Source: Promethearchaeota archaeon
GTDB lineage: Archaea > Asgardarchaeota > Lokiarchaeia > Sigyniarchaeales > SOKP01
Direction: 5' to 3'
NCBI GenBank assembly: GCA_019058245.1
Contig: JAHPZJ010000019.1
Coordinates: 2,371-66,370 of the forward strand
DNA length: 64,000 bases
In this document: in pieces, positions 18,380-29,328 of the stretch
How positions within the stretch are numbered: position 1 is the stretch's first letter
Layout: every line of letters starts with the position of its first letter
Program-made: the position numbers and the translations under genes
The notes under the pieces: model-generated
Database searches by the model: none
What the model was told of the DNA's origin: nothing
Seen by the model: only the letters and a program-made list of their open reading frames with translations

Positions 18380-19213
18380 ATGATGGATGTTAGGCGAATA
18401 ATATCAAAAATTGAAAGAGATTATATTGTATCTAATTTGAAGAAAGAAGAAAGAATTGATGGTAGAGGTCTTTGGGAATATCGTGAGTTTCAAATAAAGA
18501 GTGATACTATTACCTCAGCAGAAGGATCTGCGGATGTATCTTTAGGAGACACTAGAATTATAACTGGTTTAAAGTATGAAGTGGGCGAACCCTTTCCAGA
18601 TCTACCTAATGAAGGGGTTTGTACGGTCATGGCAGAGTTATTACCTATCGCGTCTCCCCTATTTGAAAGAGGTCCTCCTGATGAACAATCAATTGAATTA
18701 GCAAGAGTAGTAGATAGAGGAATTCGTCATGCCGATTGCGTCCAAACTAAACAATTATGCATAAAAGAAAACGAAGCTGTTTATATTCTTTTTGTTGATA
18801 TGTATGTAATTAATTATGCTGGTAATTTAATTGATGCAGGTGGAGTGGGTGCATTGACTACGTTAATTTCGGCCCATATACCTGAAGGCAAATGGAATGA
18901 TGAAAAAAAAGTAACAGAGTGGACAGGAAAATATTTAACTGGAAAAACAATTGTGAAAGAATTACCTTTTGTAATGACATATGGAAAGATTGAAGATATT
19001 ATCTTCCTAGATCCAAGTCTACCAGAAGAATTAGTGTGTGACGGAAAAATTTCGATATCAGTTACAGAAAATAAAATTACCTCAATTCAAAAGAGTGGAT
19101 CTGCTACATTTAACATCGATGAAATAAAAATGTTAGGAAGTAAATCCTTGGAAATCGGTAAAAAATTAAGAAAAGAACTCAACTTGCTACAATATCTAAG
19201 TGAAATTAAATAA
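18380..19213 (+). CDS. rrp42: Exosome subunit Rrp42
   Basis: RIDGRG..EYR, AEGSA.V.LG.T, PFPDLPNEG, FERGPP, ELARVVDRGIR. Confidence 0.97.
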   Translation: MMDVRRIISKIERDYIVSNLKKEERIDGRGLWEYREFQIKSDTITSAEGSADVSLGDTRIITGLKYEVGEPFPDLPNEGVCTVMAELLPIASPLFERGPPDEQSIELARVVDRGIRHADCVQTKQLCIKENEAVYILFVDMYVINYAGNLIDAGGVGALTTLISAHIPEGKWNDEKKVTEWTGKYLTGKTIVKELPFVMTYGKIEDIIFLDPSLPEELVCDGKISISVTENKITSIQKSGSATFNIDEIKMLGSKSLEIGKKLRKELNLLQYLSEIK

Positions 19214-19409
19214 ATTCATAAAATAATTTTTTTCTTACTTATTTTAGTTTTTTTATAAAAAAAATCTTCCCCATTTTTTATAAGGTAATTTAGAATAAAA
19301 TCTGGAATAAAAAATATTATTGATGAGAGATTATACTGAATTAGTAAAATTTATAGTTTATCCAATTTTTTAGTGTAACATCAACTATTTATTTCTAATT
19401 TTGATTAAA

Positions 19410-19697
19410 ATGGGAAAAACGAAGAAAGTTGGAATTACAGGGAAATATGGGGCTAGATATGGAAGTACCCTTCGGAAAAGAACACGTTTGATTTTAGAAA
19501 AAGAAAAAGGAGATATTAAATGCCCTAGATGTATAACTAAAGGATCAATCCATAGAATATCAACAGGTATTTGGTATTGCAGAAAATGTGATGCAAAGTT
19601 TACAGGTGGTGCGTATTTCATAGAAACTCCACGAGGGGCAGAATCTTTCAGAATAGCAAAAAGAAAGCAAAGAGAATTAGAAGTAATAGAAGAATAA
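19410..19697 (+). CDS. rpl37ae: 50S ribosomal protein L37ae (eL43)
   Basis: TKKVGITGKYGARYG..LRK, CPRC..GIWYCRKC..FTGGAY. Confidence 0.97.
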   Translation: MGKTKKVGITGKYGARYGSTLRKRTRLILEKEKGDIKCPRCITKGSIHRISTGIWYCRKCDAKFTGGAYFIETPRGAESFRIAKRKQRELEVIEE

Positions 19698-19969
19698 TGG
19701 AAAACACTAATTCTTTTTCAATAAAATCAATAGTTGAATTGCAATTCAAAAATAATAAGATAAGAGATATTTCTTATAATTCTTTTATACCAGAGATTAA
19801 AAAACTACAAACCAAACGTTCTGAGGTTTCTATTGAAAAAAAAAATAATAATGTTATAGTATTTAATATAAAATGTGATGATATTACAGCTTTTCGTGCT
19901 TCTATTAATGAAATCATTAGTTTTGGTAAAGTAATTGATAATACCTTAAAAATAGTTGATAATCTATAG
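19697..19969 (+). CDS. pcc1: KEOPS complex subunit Pcc1
   Basis: 90 aa; RSEV..IKCDDITAFRASIN pattern; conserved position before prefoldin beta. Confidence 0.85.
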   Translation: MENTNSFSIKSIVELQFKNNKIRDISYNSFIPEIKKLQTKRSEVSIEKKNNNVIVFNIKCDDITAFRASINEIISFGKVIDNTLKIVDNL

Positions 19970-20036
19970 AAAAAAATATAATCTTTTTAATATAAATTAA
20001 ATCATAAGAAAATACATATAATTTAGTGAAATTTTA

Positions 20037-20390
20037 ATGACAATTAATATAGATGACTTAAATGAGGAACAAAAAAAGAAATTAGTAAATTTCAATAATT
20101 TAAAACAATCGCTTGATTTTATTACTTCTCAAAGATTACAATTTGAAACCACCCTAAGAGATACAGAACTTGCAATTGAGGAATTAGAAAAAATAGAGCC
20201 AGAAACCCCTGTTTACAAAGCAATTGGTGGAATTTTAGTTAAAAGTGAAAAAAATAAGTTACTAGATGAGAAAAAGAGTCTAAAAGTCACATTAGAGATG
20301 CGATTGAAAACTCTAAAACAAAAAGAAGAACGTGTGAAAACTCAACTAGAAACAATGACTAAATCACTCCAAGCTGATTTTCAAAAATAA
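20037..20390 (+). CDS. pfdB: Prefoldin beta subunit
   Basis: Coiled coils flanking the VYKAIGGILVK hairpin. Confidence 0.93.
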   Translation: MTINIDDLNEEQKKKLVNFNNLKQSLDFITSQRLQFETTLRDTELAIEELEKIEPETPVYKAIGGILVKSEKNKLLDEKKSLKVTLEMRLKTLKQKEERVKTQLETMTKSLQADFQK

Positions 20391-20407
20391 TATTTGAAGA
20401 AATTTTC

Positions 20408-21421
20408 ATGTTAAAATCAAAATTTGAAGATCTTATAACTTTTTTAGATAACAAAAAAATCATAATTTCTACTCACCATTTAGTAGACATTGATGGATTG
20501 GTCTCTTGTTTCACTCTAAAAATCTTTTTAAATCAATATTTAAAAAATAATGAGATCTGCATATATTTTTCAGAACTTTCTAAATCTGCAAAAAATTTTT
20601 TAAAGAACTTTTCTGCAAAATTTCCTGTATTTAATTTGTCATATAAAAAAAAATTCCATGGATCTAAAGCTGAAATATTATTAATATTAGATACAAATAA
20701 TTTAGATCAGATTATGTTAGATGATGATTCAAATATTAATCTTCTAAAAATTCCTTATATCTTTATAGATCATCATTATTTTAAAGAAAAATCTGATAAT
20801 AAAAATCTTAACATCACATCCTTAAATATAATATTTGAAGATTATTCTTCTACAGCTGAGATAATATTGCAGCTTTTTGAAACCTACAACATTCCACTAA
20901 ATAATCCTTTGAAAATTCTTTTTATATCGGCTATATTAATAGATTCAGGTTTCTTTAAACATGGAGACAACAATACAATTCAAAATGTAGGTAAATTATT
21001 ATGTGAAGATATACAATTTCAAGACATTCGCGCTCTTCTTAAAAATGACATTGATATATCCGAAAAAATAGCTAAAATAAAAGGTTTACAAAGGCTTGAA
21101 CTAATTCGAGAAGGGAAGTATTTAATTGGTATAACTAATGTTAGTAGTTTTGGGGCAGCTGTAGCTTCAATGTTAATAACAATAGGATTTGATGTTTCAA
21201 TTGTTATATCAAAAGAAAGCAAATTCTCTAGAATCAATACTCGTGCTAGAAAAAAGATTTGTGAAGAAACTGGATTAAACTTAGCAAAAATTTTAGAACA
21301 AATCTCCGAAAAATATGAAGGAAATGGTGGTGGTCATGACGGAGCAGCTTCTTTAACTATTGATAATGAATCGGACTATAATATCACTGAACTCGTTGAA
21401 AATATTAAAAAATATTTATAA
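20408..21421 (+). CDS. DHH/DHHA1 family phosphoesterase
   Basis: H..DID, DT, IDHH, SSTAE, DSG.F, GGGHDGAA. Confidence 0.92.
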   Translation: MLKSKFEDLITFLDNKKIIISTHHLVDIDGLVSCFTLKIFLNQYLKNNEICIYFSELSKSAKNFLKNFSAKFPVFNLSYKKKFHGSKAEILLILDTNNLDQIMLDDDSNINLLKIPYIFIDHHYFKEKSDNKNLNITSLNIIFEDYSSTAEIILQLFETYNIPLNNPLKILFISAILIDSGFFKHGDNNTIQNVGKLLCEDIQFQDIRALLKNDIDISEKIAKIKGLQRLELIREGKYLIGITNVSSFGAAVASMLITIGFDVSIVISKESKFSRINTRARKKICEETGLNLAKILEQISEKYEGNGGGHDGAASLTIDNESDYNITELVENIKKYL

Positions 21422-21483
21422 TCCAAGTTTTAAATAATTAAGAATTAAAGAAGAACAAAACTGTCTTTTGATTAAAACCTAAC

Positions 21484-22323
21484 ATGAATTTTGTCAAATT
21501 TGATAATTTTTATTATCGATATAAAGGAAATGAAGAATATGCCTTAAATAATATAAATTTAGATATTGAAGATAACAAATATAAATTTATTTTACTATGT
21601 GGAGAGACAGGATCAGGGAAAACTAGCTTAATTAGATGTATGAATGGTTTGATTCCACAGTTTTATGCTGGTTTTTATAAAGGAAAAGTCTTTATCAATG
21701 GAAATGATACAGTTGAGACTTCAATAGCAAATTTAAGTACTGATGTAGGAATAGTCTTTCAGAATCCAGAAAATCAACTAATATCAATGAATGTTGAAAA
21801 TGAAATTGCATTTGGTTTAGAAAATTTAGGTGTTCCTCCAAAAGAAATTTCAAGAAAAATTAATGAAAGTGCATCTTTGACAGAAATTGAACATTTATTA
21901 GATAAAGCACCTTTTGAACTGAGTGGTGGAGAACAACAACGAGTTGCTATTGCTTCTATTTTGGTTTTAGAACCAAAAATGTTAATATTAGATGAACCCA
22001 CTGCTTTATTAGATCCATATATGGCAAAAAAAATTATTAATTTGCTACAAGAGATAAAAGAAGATAAAAAAATAACGGTTTTAATAAGTGAACATCGTCT
22101 TGATTTAATCTTACCATTTACTGATCAATTGATTTTAATGAAGAATGGTAGTATAATTGAATATGATTCATGCGAGAAAGTGGTGAATGGTATAAAATTT
22201 CAAAATTTAAACTTGAATAAACCTGTAATTTACTCAATCTTTAGTAAACTTAAAAAAAAGAATTTATTTGATAAAAAAATACCCATATCCATTACAGAGG
22301 CAATAAAATCTTTAAGAATGTGA
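21484..22323 (+). CDS. ECF transporter ATPase (EcfA)
   Basis: GETGSGKT, FQNPENQ, LSGGEQQR, LDEPT. Confidence 0.92.
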   Translation: MNFVKFDNFYYRYKGNEEYALNNINLDIEDNKYKFILLCGETGSGKTSLIRCMNGLIPQFYAGFYKGKVFINGNDTVETSIANLSTDVGIVFQNPENQLISMNVENEIAFGLENLGVPPKEISRKINESASLTEIEHLLDKAPFELSGGEQQRVAIASILVLEPKMLILDEPTALLDPYMAKKIINLLQEIKEDKKITVLISEHRLDLILPFTDQLILMKNGSIIEYDSCEKVVNGIKFQNLNLNKPVIYSIFSKLKKKNLFDKKIPISITEAIKSLRM

Positions 22324-23201
22324 AAAATAAAATTGAAATGATGCAAGAAATTAAGGATTTACCAGTAGTTATATTTAATGAAATAGGATATTCTTATCCA
22401 AACGGAACTGAAGCTTTAAAAGACATTAGTTTGAACATTTTTAAAGGTGAATTAATGGGAATAATGGGTAAAAATGGAGCGGGTAAAACAACTCTGATTA
22501 GAACCTTAAATGGATTAATCAGACCTACATATGGTAGTATATATATAGAAAATGAAAATATTAGTTCTAAAAGCATCGCAACATTATCTAAGAAAGTTGG
22601 AATAATTTTTCAAAATCCTTTTCATCAATTATTTGCAAATTCTGTAGAGGAAGAAATTAAATTTTCACTAAAAAGTCTTAATCTTCATAAAGAAGAAATT
22701 CAAATGAGAGTAGATCAAGTATTACAAGAATTTAGTCTTGAAAAATACAGAAATCGCTCCCCCTTAAATTTATCAGGAGGAGAATCGAAAAAACTAGCTC
22801 TAGCTTCTATAATATGCAGAGATCCTGAAATTCTAGTTTTTGATGAGCCTACATTGGGTCAAGATGCAAAAGAAATTGAATTTTTTATAAATCTAATTAA
22901 GAAGGAAAGAAAAATTGGAAAAACAATAATTATTATTACTCATAATGTAGAATTTGCGTATGATTACTTACCACGAACGATACTAATGGCAGATGGACAG
23001 ATTATTAGTGATGGACCAACCAAAAAAGTATTGAATAATGAATTTTTAATAAAACAAACATCATTAATTTTACCACAAATTCGTCAATTTAGTATAGCAT
23101 TACAACAAACTGGATACCGTGATGTAGAAGATGTTCTTACTAAAAATGATATGATAAATTACTTAAGCAATTTAATACAACATAAAGCCTCAAATATTTA
23201 G
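22320..23201 (+). CDS. ECF transporter ATPase (EcfA')
   Basis: GKNGAGKT, FQNP, LSGGE, FDEPT, TH. Confidence 0.92.
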   Translation: MKNKIEMMQEIKDLPVVIFNEIGYSYPNGTEALKDISLNIFKGELMGIMGKNGAGKTTLIRTLNGLIRPTYGSIYIENENISSKSIATLSKKVGIIFQNPFHQLFANSVEEEIKFSLKSLNLHKEEIQMRVDQVLQEFSLEKYRNRSPLNLSGGESKKLALASIICRDPEILVFDEPTLGQDAKEIEFFINLIKKERKIGKTIIIITHNVEFAYDYLPRTILMADGQIISDGPTKKVLNNEFLIKQTSLILPQIRQFSIALQQTGYRDVEDVLTKNDMINYLSNLIQHKASNI

Positions 23202-23216
23202 GAGGAACACATTAAA

Positions 23217-23990
23217 ATGTCTTTAGAATTCCTTAATGCTTTCAAATTTATAAAAAAAAAATCGATTATGCATAAAATGGATCCAAGATCCAAATTAGTA
23301 TTATCACTTATATATACTATCAGTGCTTTGCTTTTTAATGAGATTATCCCTTTATTCTTCATTTTTTTAAGTTTGGTTCCTATAATTCTTTTAGGAAAAT
23401 TATTTAAACAATGGATTAAAAGCATTAGAGGCCTTTCTTTCTTAATTATATTCATTGTTGTTTTAGACACATTGTTTATATCATTTTCATTTGCTATTGC
23501 AATGATCTTTAGAATTTTAACCATGGTATCAGCATTTTCAATTTTTTTTTTAACAGTTGATCCAAATGATTTAGCACTCTCTCTTATATCTATGAAAGTA
23601 CCATATGAATTTGCATTTTCTTTCTCTTTAGCATTTAGGTTTGTCCCAACCATTGCATATGAAGCTCAAAATATCATTGATGCCCAACAAAGCAGAGGGT
23701 ATGAAATGCAACAAAAAGGACTTATTAACCAGATTAAGAACCTATTTCCACTTTTAATTCCTTTAATAATTTGTTCTATAAGAAGAGCATTTAACGTTGC
23801 TGAAGCGCTTGAATCAAGAGGATTTGGAAGTGATAAAGAACGCTCTTATTATCATACTATTAAATATAGCTTAAAAGATTGGATTTTCACTTTTTATTCG
23901 TTATTATTATTATCTGTTTTAATTTATATTAGTATTGGAATAAACTATAATTTTATGCCAGAATTCCTAACGTGGAGTTTACCCGTTTGA
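23217..23990 (+). CDS. ECF transporter transmembrane component EcfT
   Basis: DPRSK, RFVP, AQQSRG and ALESRGF (XRX motifs). Confidence 0.93.
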   Translation: MSLEFLNAFKFIKKKSIMHKMDPRSKLVLSLIYTISALLFNEIIPLFFIFLSLVPIILLGKLFKQWIKSIRGLSFLIIFIVVLDTLFISFSFAIAMIFRILTMVSAFSIFFLTVDPNDLALSLISMKVPYEFAFSFSLAFRFVPTIAYEAQNIIDAQQSRGYEMQQKGLINQIKNLFPLLIPLIICSIRRAFNVAEALESRGFGSDKERSYYHTIKYSLKDWIFTFYSLLLLSVLIYISIGINYNFMPEFLTWSLPV

Positions 23991-24652
23991 TTATAAAAGA
24001 TTTTAATATCAATGAGTTAAATTTAAAATATTTTGTTGGAATTAATCAAATTAAAATGAATTTAAGAAGATTTATGGAATCTCATAGAATAACTAATAAA
24101 AAAGAAGCTTTAAATCAATTTTTAAGTATTCTTGATGAATTCCAAAATGAGAATGAAAATTCAGTGATCCAATTAATCAATGATAAATACATATTAAACC
24201 AAGATCATATATTTATAGCATGTTACCATTTTCTAAAGGCATTTCATTTAAATCATAATATTTCCAATAAAAAAAATATCGAATTTTTACTGTATTTAGC
24301 TACTAATCGACAAATAAACAAGAGTCTTGAAGCATTTGGTATAGATCTTTCACAATTAGAACTTAATAACCTTATTCTTTGTATTATATCCCCTTTTAAC
24401 AATATTAAGCACATTTCTGATAATTTATTGATAGCATCAAATATTGAAGAAACAAAATGCACAATAAATACACAATCGTTTACTAAGTATAATATAATTA
24501 AAGAATTTTATAACATAAATGATAATCAAATTAAATCTGTTTTAAGGTCCTATGGAAAAGTCATGGAAAATTTAGAATCTAATTTACCTAGTTTATTCTC
24601 AGCGCTATTTGATTTAATCTGTGAAAGAATGGCTCTATTGTTCCTACGATAA
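23972..24652 (+). CDS. cgi121: KEOPS complex subunit Cgi121
   Basis: IQL.N...I....HI..A, N.ISN...IEFLLYLATNRQI.K.LE.FG, ICERMALL. Confidence 0.85.
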   Translation: MEFTRLIIKDFNINELNLKYFVGINQIKMNLRRFMESHRITNKKEALNQFLSILDEFQNENENSVIQLINDKYILNQDHIFIACYHFLKAFHLNHNISNKKNIEFLLYLATNRQINKSLEAFGIDLSQLELNNLILCIISPFNNIKHISDNLLIASNIEETKCTINTQSFTKYNIIKEFYNINDNQIKSVLRSYGKVMENLESNLPSLFSALFDLICERMALLFLR

Positions 24653-24673
24653 ATCCTCTAAATAATAAAAAAA

Positions 24674-24892
24674 TTAACTATTAGCAAGAATTAATCCATA
24701 GATTACTATGAATATAATGAATATTAATATTATGATACAATACATATTTCGAGCTTTTTTAATTTCTTTCATTTTTTGAGATGTTATCTCCATTCCACAT
24801 TTAGGACAATATTCCAAATTCTTCAAATCCCACCAACGACCGTCAAATAAAGACTTTCCACAATTATCACATCTACTATTCACATTAAACAT
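24674..24892 (-). CDS. Small zinc-ribbon protein with a C-terminal transmembrane helix
   Basis: CDNCG..CPKCG followed by a hydrophobic tail. Confidence 0.7.
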   Translation of the reverse strand: MFNVNSRCDNCGKSLFDGRWWDLKNLEYCPKCGMEITSQKMKEIKKARNMYCIIILIFIIFIVIYGLILANS

Positions 24893-24953
24893 CTCTTTAT
24901 TTCTTGAATTTCCGTATATATAATTTAGAATTAAAAATTCCTTTCTGTGTTAT

Positions 24954-25481
24954 TCATATTTGTTTTAATTTAATAATATCACTTTTCTCCAAAAAAGAAA
25001 TTCCACATATATTACCTAAAATTTCAATCCTAATGATTTTATCTGGCATTTCAAGACTAACTTTATTATCGATATCTTCGGTAATTACATTAATAAAATT
25101 AGTCCTTTCTATTTTTTCATGATGTCGGCGCTTCAAAGTAATTCTAAAAGTCTCATCTCTATCAATAAAGTCTTTATAGTTCTCTTCTATTAATGATTTT
25201 ATGGTTTTAGTATCAGTTTCGCAAATAAAATCAATTGGTACAATTTTTAAAATAAATTGAAAGAAATTAGGATTATTTTCAGTTATTTTCCTTATCTTTA
25301 ATATTATTTTTTTTTTACTTAAGTAAGTTAAAGCAGTAATTAAACCTGGAAAATGAATACTTGAAATAATGGGATATGTATCACCGCACATTAACAAAGT
25401 GAACCATAATTCTGCTCTTGCTTCTATCTCATTATATCGGGGAGTTGAAACTAAAAGATTAAAATTCTTCGTATATATCAC
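24954..25481 (-). CDS. THUMP domain RNA-binding protein
   Basis: FNLLVST, KIVPID, TFRITLKRRH, VSLEMPDKIIRIEILG. Confidence 0.9.
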   Translation of the reverse strand: MIYTKNFNLLVSTPRYNEIEARAELWFTLLMCGDTYPIISSIHFPGLITALTYLSKKKIILKIRKITENNPNFFQFILKIVPIDFICETDTKTIKSLIEENYKDFIDRDETFRITLKRRHHEKIERTNFINVITEDIDNKVSLEMPDKIIRIEILGNICGISFLEKSDIIKLKQI

Positions 25482-26146
25482 TCCTTTGGTTTTGATAAAA
25501 ATTCCAGGATTTCCTCCTCAGAGATCTCCCCTATTCGTAAAAAACATACATCCTTACCTGTACAATCTATTATCGTGGTTGGAATTCTTGATTTTGATTT
25601 ACCCCCATCAATTATTAAATCTATTGGATTTAATATTTTTTTACTAACATCTTCTCCGCTAATAGAGGGTGGTTCTCCCGAATAATTAGCTGAAGTTCCA
25701 ATAATTCCACCAAAATAACCTTCTGACTTTAAAATTTTTAATATATTTAGTATTATTTCATTTTCTGGAACACGCAACCCTATAGTATCTTGAAATGCAG
25801 TTACTTCTGGAGGTATAATGCTGGGTTCTTTTTTTTTTAAAATTAAAGTTAATTGCCCTGGCCAATATTTTTGTGCTAATCTTTTAGCATTATCATTGAA
25901 TTCAGCAATTTTTGTAGCCTCTTCAAAGTCAGAAATTAATAATAATAATCCTTTTGATTTATCACGGAATTTAATGTCATATATTCTATCTATAACTTCA
26001 AGATTTTGAGGATCTCCTCCTATTCCATAAACAGAATTAGTGGGAAATGCTAAGATCTTTCCTTCAATTATGTTCTCAACTGCTATTTTTAAATAGAAAA
26101 TAATATCCTTCAATTCTTTTCCAGCTAACTTAATTAAAAATCCCAT
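25478..26146 (-). CDS. sua5: L-threonylcarbamoyladenylate synthase (Sua5/TsaC, YrdC domain only)
   Basis: FPTNSVYGIG, K.R, WPGQLT, GLRVP, TSANYSG. Confidence 0.93.
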   Translation of the reverse strand: MGFLIKLAGKELKDIIFYLKIAVENIIEGKILAFPTNSVYGIGGDPQNLEVIDRIYDIKFRDKSKGLLLLISDFEEATKIAEFNDNAKRLAQKYWPGQLTLILKKKEPSIIPPEVTAFQDTIGLRVPENEIILNILKILKSEGYFGGIIGTSANYSGEPPSISGEDVSKKILNPIDLIIDGGKSKSRIPTTIIDCTGKDVCFLRIGEISEEEILEFLSKPKE

Positions 26147-26207
26147 TTGAAATCTAGCTGCAATTTAATACAATATTGAAAAAATAATATAAGAAAAAAT
26201 ATAAAGA

Positions 26208-27149
26208 TTATTTTGGATATTGTTCTTGGCAACTTAAATCAGATTCTAAACGCTTCCAGGTATGATCCACGTATTCTTGGAGTTCAATTAATTCTTTTTC
26301 TGAAATATTAGCAAATCTTTTCTGTTTAGATAAATAATCCATCATTGGAGCCCTTTTAGAAGAATGTAGTAATGGTTTACTTGCTTTTGATAATGTCATA
26401 ATTCCATTTTCTACTTCATATAAAATCCATGAACCTGTTTTTACAGCTAATCTAGCAACTTCTATTGATTCTGAACTGTCCATACCCCAACCAGGTGGAC
26501 ATGGAGCAAGAATGTGAATATATCTGCAACCTTTTATTGATTTAGCTTTCCTAAATTTATCATATAAATCAAGCGGTTCACTAATCGAACAAGTTGCTAT
26601 ATATGGAATATCATGAGCCGCCATTATTGCTGGAAGATTTTTTTTGAAACGTTCTTTTCCCGTTGTTGTTGTTGTGGTCCATGCTCCATGTGGTGTACTT
26701 GAAGATCTTTGAATTCCTGTGTTCATATATGCCTCGTTATCGTAACATACATAAATTTGATCAGAATTTCTTTCTGCTGCTCCACTTAAACCTTGAATTC
26801 CAATATCTGCAGTACCACCATCTCCAGCAAATGTAATTGCAGTCATTTCATCCCAGCCTTTGCCAGGAAATCTATATGCTTTAGCCTTAAAAGCGGCAGA
26901 CAATCCTGTTGCTGCTGCTGCTCCAGCAGCAAAAGCCATATTTGTAAATGGAAAATTTGGTGCGGTCTTAGGCCATAATCCTACCACAACATTAAGGCAG
27001 GAAGCGGGAGTAACAAGGGCTGTGTTTGGTCCTAATGCTTTCATTGCCCATCTAAGGGCTATCTCTAAACCACATCCCGCGCAACATGAGTTTCCTGGAA
27101 GAAAATATTCTTCTTGGCAAGATTCTAATGCTTCTTTTAATTTTGTCAT
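26208..27149 (-). CDS. porB: Pyruvate/2-oxoacid:ferredoxin oxidoreductase beta subunit
   Basis: CAGCG, TPP motif GDGGTADIG, YDNEAYMNTGIQRS, APCPPGW. Confidence 0.93.
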   Translation of the reverse strand: MTKLKEALESCQEEYFLPGNSCCAGCGLEIALRWAMKALGPNTALVTPASCLNVVVGLWPKTAPNFPFTNMAFAAGAAAATGLSAAFKAKAYRFPGKGWDEMTAITFAGDGGTADIGIQGLSGAAERNSDQIYVCYDNEAYMNTGIQRSSSTPHGAWTTTTTTGKERFKKNLPAIMAAHDIPYIATCSISEPLDLYDKFRKAKSIKGCRYIHILAPCPPGWGMDSSESIEVARLAVKTGSWILYEVENGIMTLSKASKPLLHSSKRAPMMDYLSKQKRFANISEKELIELQEYVDHTWKRLESDLSCQEQYPK

Positions 27150-27153
27150 TTTA

Positions 27154-28410
27154 TTATTCCACCTCTAATAGTCCATCCCAGAGAGTCCCATGAATTACAT
27201 CTTTTGGAAGTTCTCCGGTTTCATGGTATTTAACTAATTTTTTTAATTGCTCTTTTTGCTGCTCAAGAGAAACTTCTCTTCCACCTAAACCATTAATTAT
27301 TGGCAATACTGTGGCAGTTCCTTTGGTTTCATGGAGAACACCTTTAACTTCACAACTCACAGGTCCTCCTGTTTGAGAACCAAAGGCTGTAGCTCTGTCT
27401 ATAACCCCAAGAACTTTCACCTTCTTAGCAATATCAAGAATATCTTCTGTAGGAAAGGGTCTAAAATGTCGAAGCTTTACCATACCGACTTTATACCCTT
27501 CATCTCTCAGTTGATCTACTGCTTCTTCCATCTGTAATGCCAAATCTCCATATATAACTACCCCTACGTCTACGTCATCCATTTTGTATTCTTGAATTAA
27601 GCCATTACCATAATTTCTACCAAATGTTTTCTCAAACTCCGCAGCAACTTTTTTGATTTTTTCCTTAGCTCTTATAGAAGCATCATGAATCTTTAATCTA
27701 AATTCATAATAGAAACTAGAAGGCATGATAAGATTACCAAACATTAACGGTCTTTTTGGATCCATCCAAATGTGTGGCCAACCTTCCTCACTTGGTAGTG
27801 GAGGTAAAAATTTGTCTACTAGATCTTGATCTTCAATAATTACAGGTTTAGAAGTATGTGAAAGAATAAAACCACCATAAGCTATAAATTTAGGCAAAAG
27901 AATATCATGATCTTCACATACCTTATATGACATTAATATTTCATCATAAATTTCTTGGTGTGCTGAGCAAAAACAGCTCATCCAACCTGTGTCTCGTTGA
28001 CTTATTACGTCAGTAAAATCTGCCCAAATATTCCATGGAGGGGCAGGTCCTCGAGATGCTATAGCGACAACAATAGGAAGTCTTGCTCCAGCTGCCCAAT
28101 GAATCATTTCATTAGCATAAAATATACCTTGACCAGATGTTGCAGTAAAAGTTCTAGTACCGGCTTTACTCGCACCAACCACCGCACCAAATACACTATG
28201 TTCTGATTCCACTTTAATATATTCAGTCCCTGGCATTTCTCCATTATCAACAAATTCAGATAATTTTTCAACTACAGTAGTTTGCGGAGTAATAGGATAA
28301 GCACTAATCACTTGTACTCGCGCAGATTTTGCAGCATAAGCTGCAGCTACATTTCCTTTTATAATTATAGTTTCTCTATCTTGAACAAAATCTTTTTGAG
28401 CTTCAGTCAT
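27154..28410 (-). CDS. porA: Pyruvate/2-oxoacid:ferredoxin oxidoreductase alpha subunit
   Basis: [31 protein letters not shown]. Confidence 0.93.
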   Translation of the reverse strand: MTEAQKDFVQDRETIIIKGNVAAAYAAKSARVQVISAYPITPQTTVVEKLSEFVDNGEMPGTEYIKVESEHSVFGAVVGASKAGTRTFTATSGQGIFYANEMIHWAAGARLPIVVAIASRGPAPPWNIWADFTDVISQRDTGWMSCFCSAHQEIYDEILMSYKVCEDHDILLPKFIAYGGFILSHTSKPVIIEDQDLVDKFLPPLPSEEGWPHIWMDPKRPLMFGNLIMPSSFYYEFRLKIHDASIRAKEKIKKVAAEFEKTFGRNYGNGLIQEYKMDDVDVGVVIYGDLALQMEEAVDQLRDEGYKVGMVKLRHFRPFPTEDILDIAKKVKVLGVIDRATAFGSQTGGPVSCEVKGVLHETKGTATVLPIINGLGGREVSLEQQKEQLKKLVKYHETGELPKDVIHGTLWDGLLEVE

Positions 28411-28750
28411 CTTTTATATCACTCTCTCTTATCATTTCAATATTATCAGTTGGGCATTCTTTAGCACATATCCCACATCCTTTACAATACAGTAAATCAA
28501 TTTCAAATGTACCATCTTCTTTCCTTTTAATTACTCCCTCTGGACAATACATCCAGCATATTCCACATCTGTTACATCCTTCTTTAATTATTGGTCTAAA
28601 AGTTCTCCAATCACCAGTTTCACCAATATTTCCCTCAATAGGTAATGATATTGGAATTGGAGGTAATTCTTTCCAATTTTTATATTCTTGAACCTTAGGA
28701 CGTTCTTTTATTGATTTATTAATTTTCTCCCATTTTTTTGATTTTGACAT
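28403..28750 (-). CDS. porD: Oxidoreductase delta subunit (2x[4Fe-4S])
   Basis: [33 protein letters not shown]. Confidence 0.93.
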   Translation of the reverse strand: MSKSKKWEKINKSIKERPKVQEYKNWKELPPIPISLPIEGNIGETGDWRTFRPIIKEGCNRCGICWMYCPEGVIKRKEDGTFEIDLLYCKGCGICAKECPTDNIEMIRESDIKDD

Positions 28751-28752
28751 AA

Positions 28753-29328
28753 TTAAACCTCTTTAACTGATTCATATGCGTCTTTAGCAACGCTCATATT
28801 TTTCTCTAATCTGTTTTCTCCAAATTCCTTCTTAATAATTTTTTCCATTGTTTCTAGGTTATAATACCCTGTAATCTTCCCAAAAGCTCCTAACATAGGT
28901 ATATTTAAAATTGGTCCGCTTGCATGCATAAAATTCCTTTTAATACATATACCTGTAGCATCTACAAGAAATATCTTAATATTTTCTGGGAGATCACTCT
29001 TATCTATTGAATTAGCGCTATTAATTATGAGATTAACCCCTTCTTTTATTGTACTTCTAATCGTGGGGATCTCTAATAATGAAGTATCAAAAATAAGCAT
29101 ATAATCAGGATTTTTTACACTATCATACGTTTTTATTGCTTTATTTTTAGAAACTTTTGTAAACGCTTGAATTGGAGCACCTCTTCGTTCAGCTCCTATT
29201 ATCGGAATTGCAATTGTATCCTTGAAATCTTCCTCATATGCCATTTCAGCTAATAATTGACTTGCAGTAATACATGTCTGACCTCCTCTACAATGCATCG
29301 ATATTTCAACTATTTTTTCATTCGACAT
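28753..29328 (-). CDS. porG: Oxidoreductase gamma subunit
   Basis: [22 protein letters not shown]. Confidence 0.92.
   Translation of the reverse strand: MSNEKIVEISMHCRGGQTCITASQLLAEMAYEEDFKDTIAIPIIGAERRGAPIQAFTKVSKNKAIKTYDSVKNPDYMLIFDTSLLEIPTIRSTIKEGVNLIINSANSIDKSDLPENIKIFLVDATGICIKRNFMHASGPILNIPMLGAFGKITGYYNLETMEKIIKKEFGENRLEKNMSVAKDAYESVKEV

Noticed and set aside
23198-23653. Antisense and nested ORFs, e.g. 23198..23653, 4528..4908, 13982..14302, 26860..27168, 61187..61495
   Set aside because: Shadow ORFs overlapping well-supported genes; no motifs.
25470-25490. ACG start for the THUMP gene (the GTG lies inside the SD-like AGGAGTGA)
   Set aside because: Plausible, but the GTG overlaps the sua5 stop (GTGA coupling), which explains initiation conventionally.
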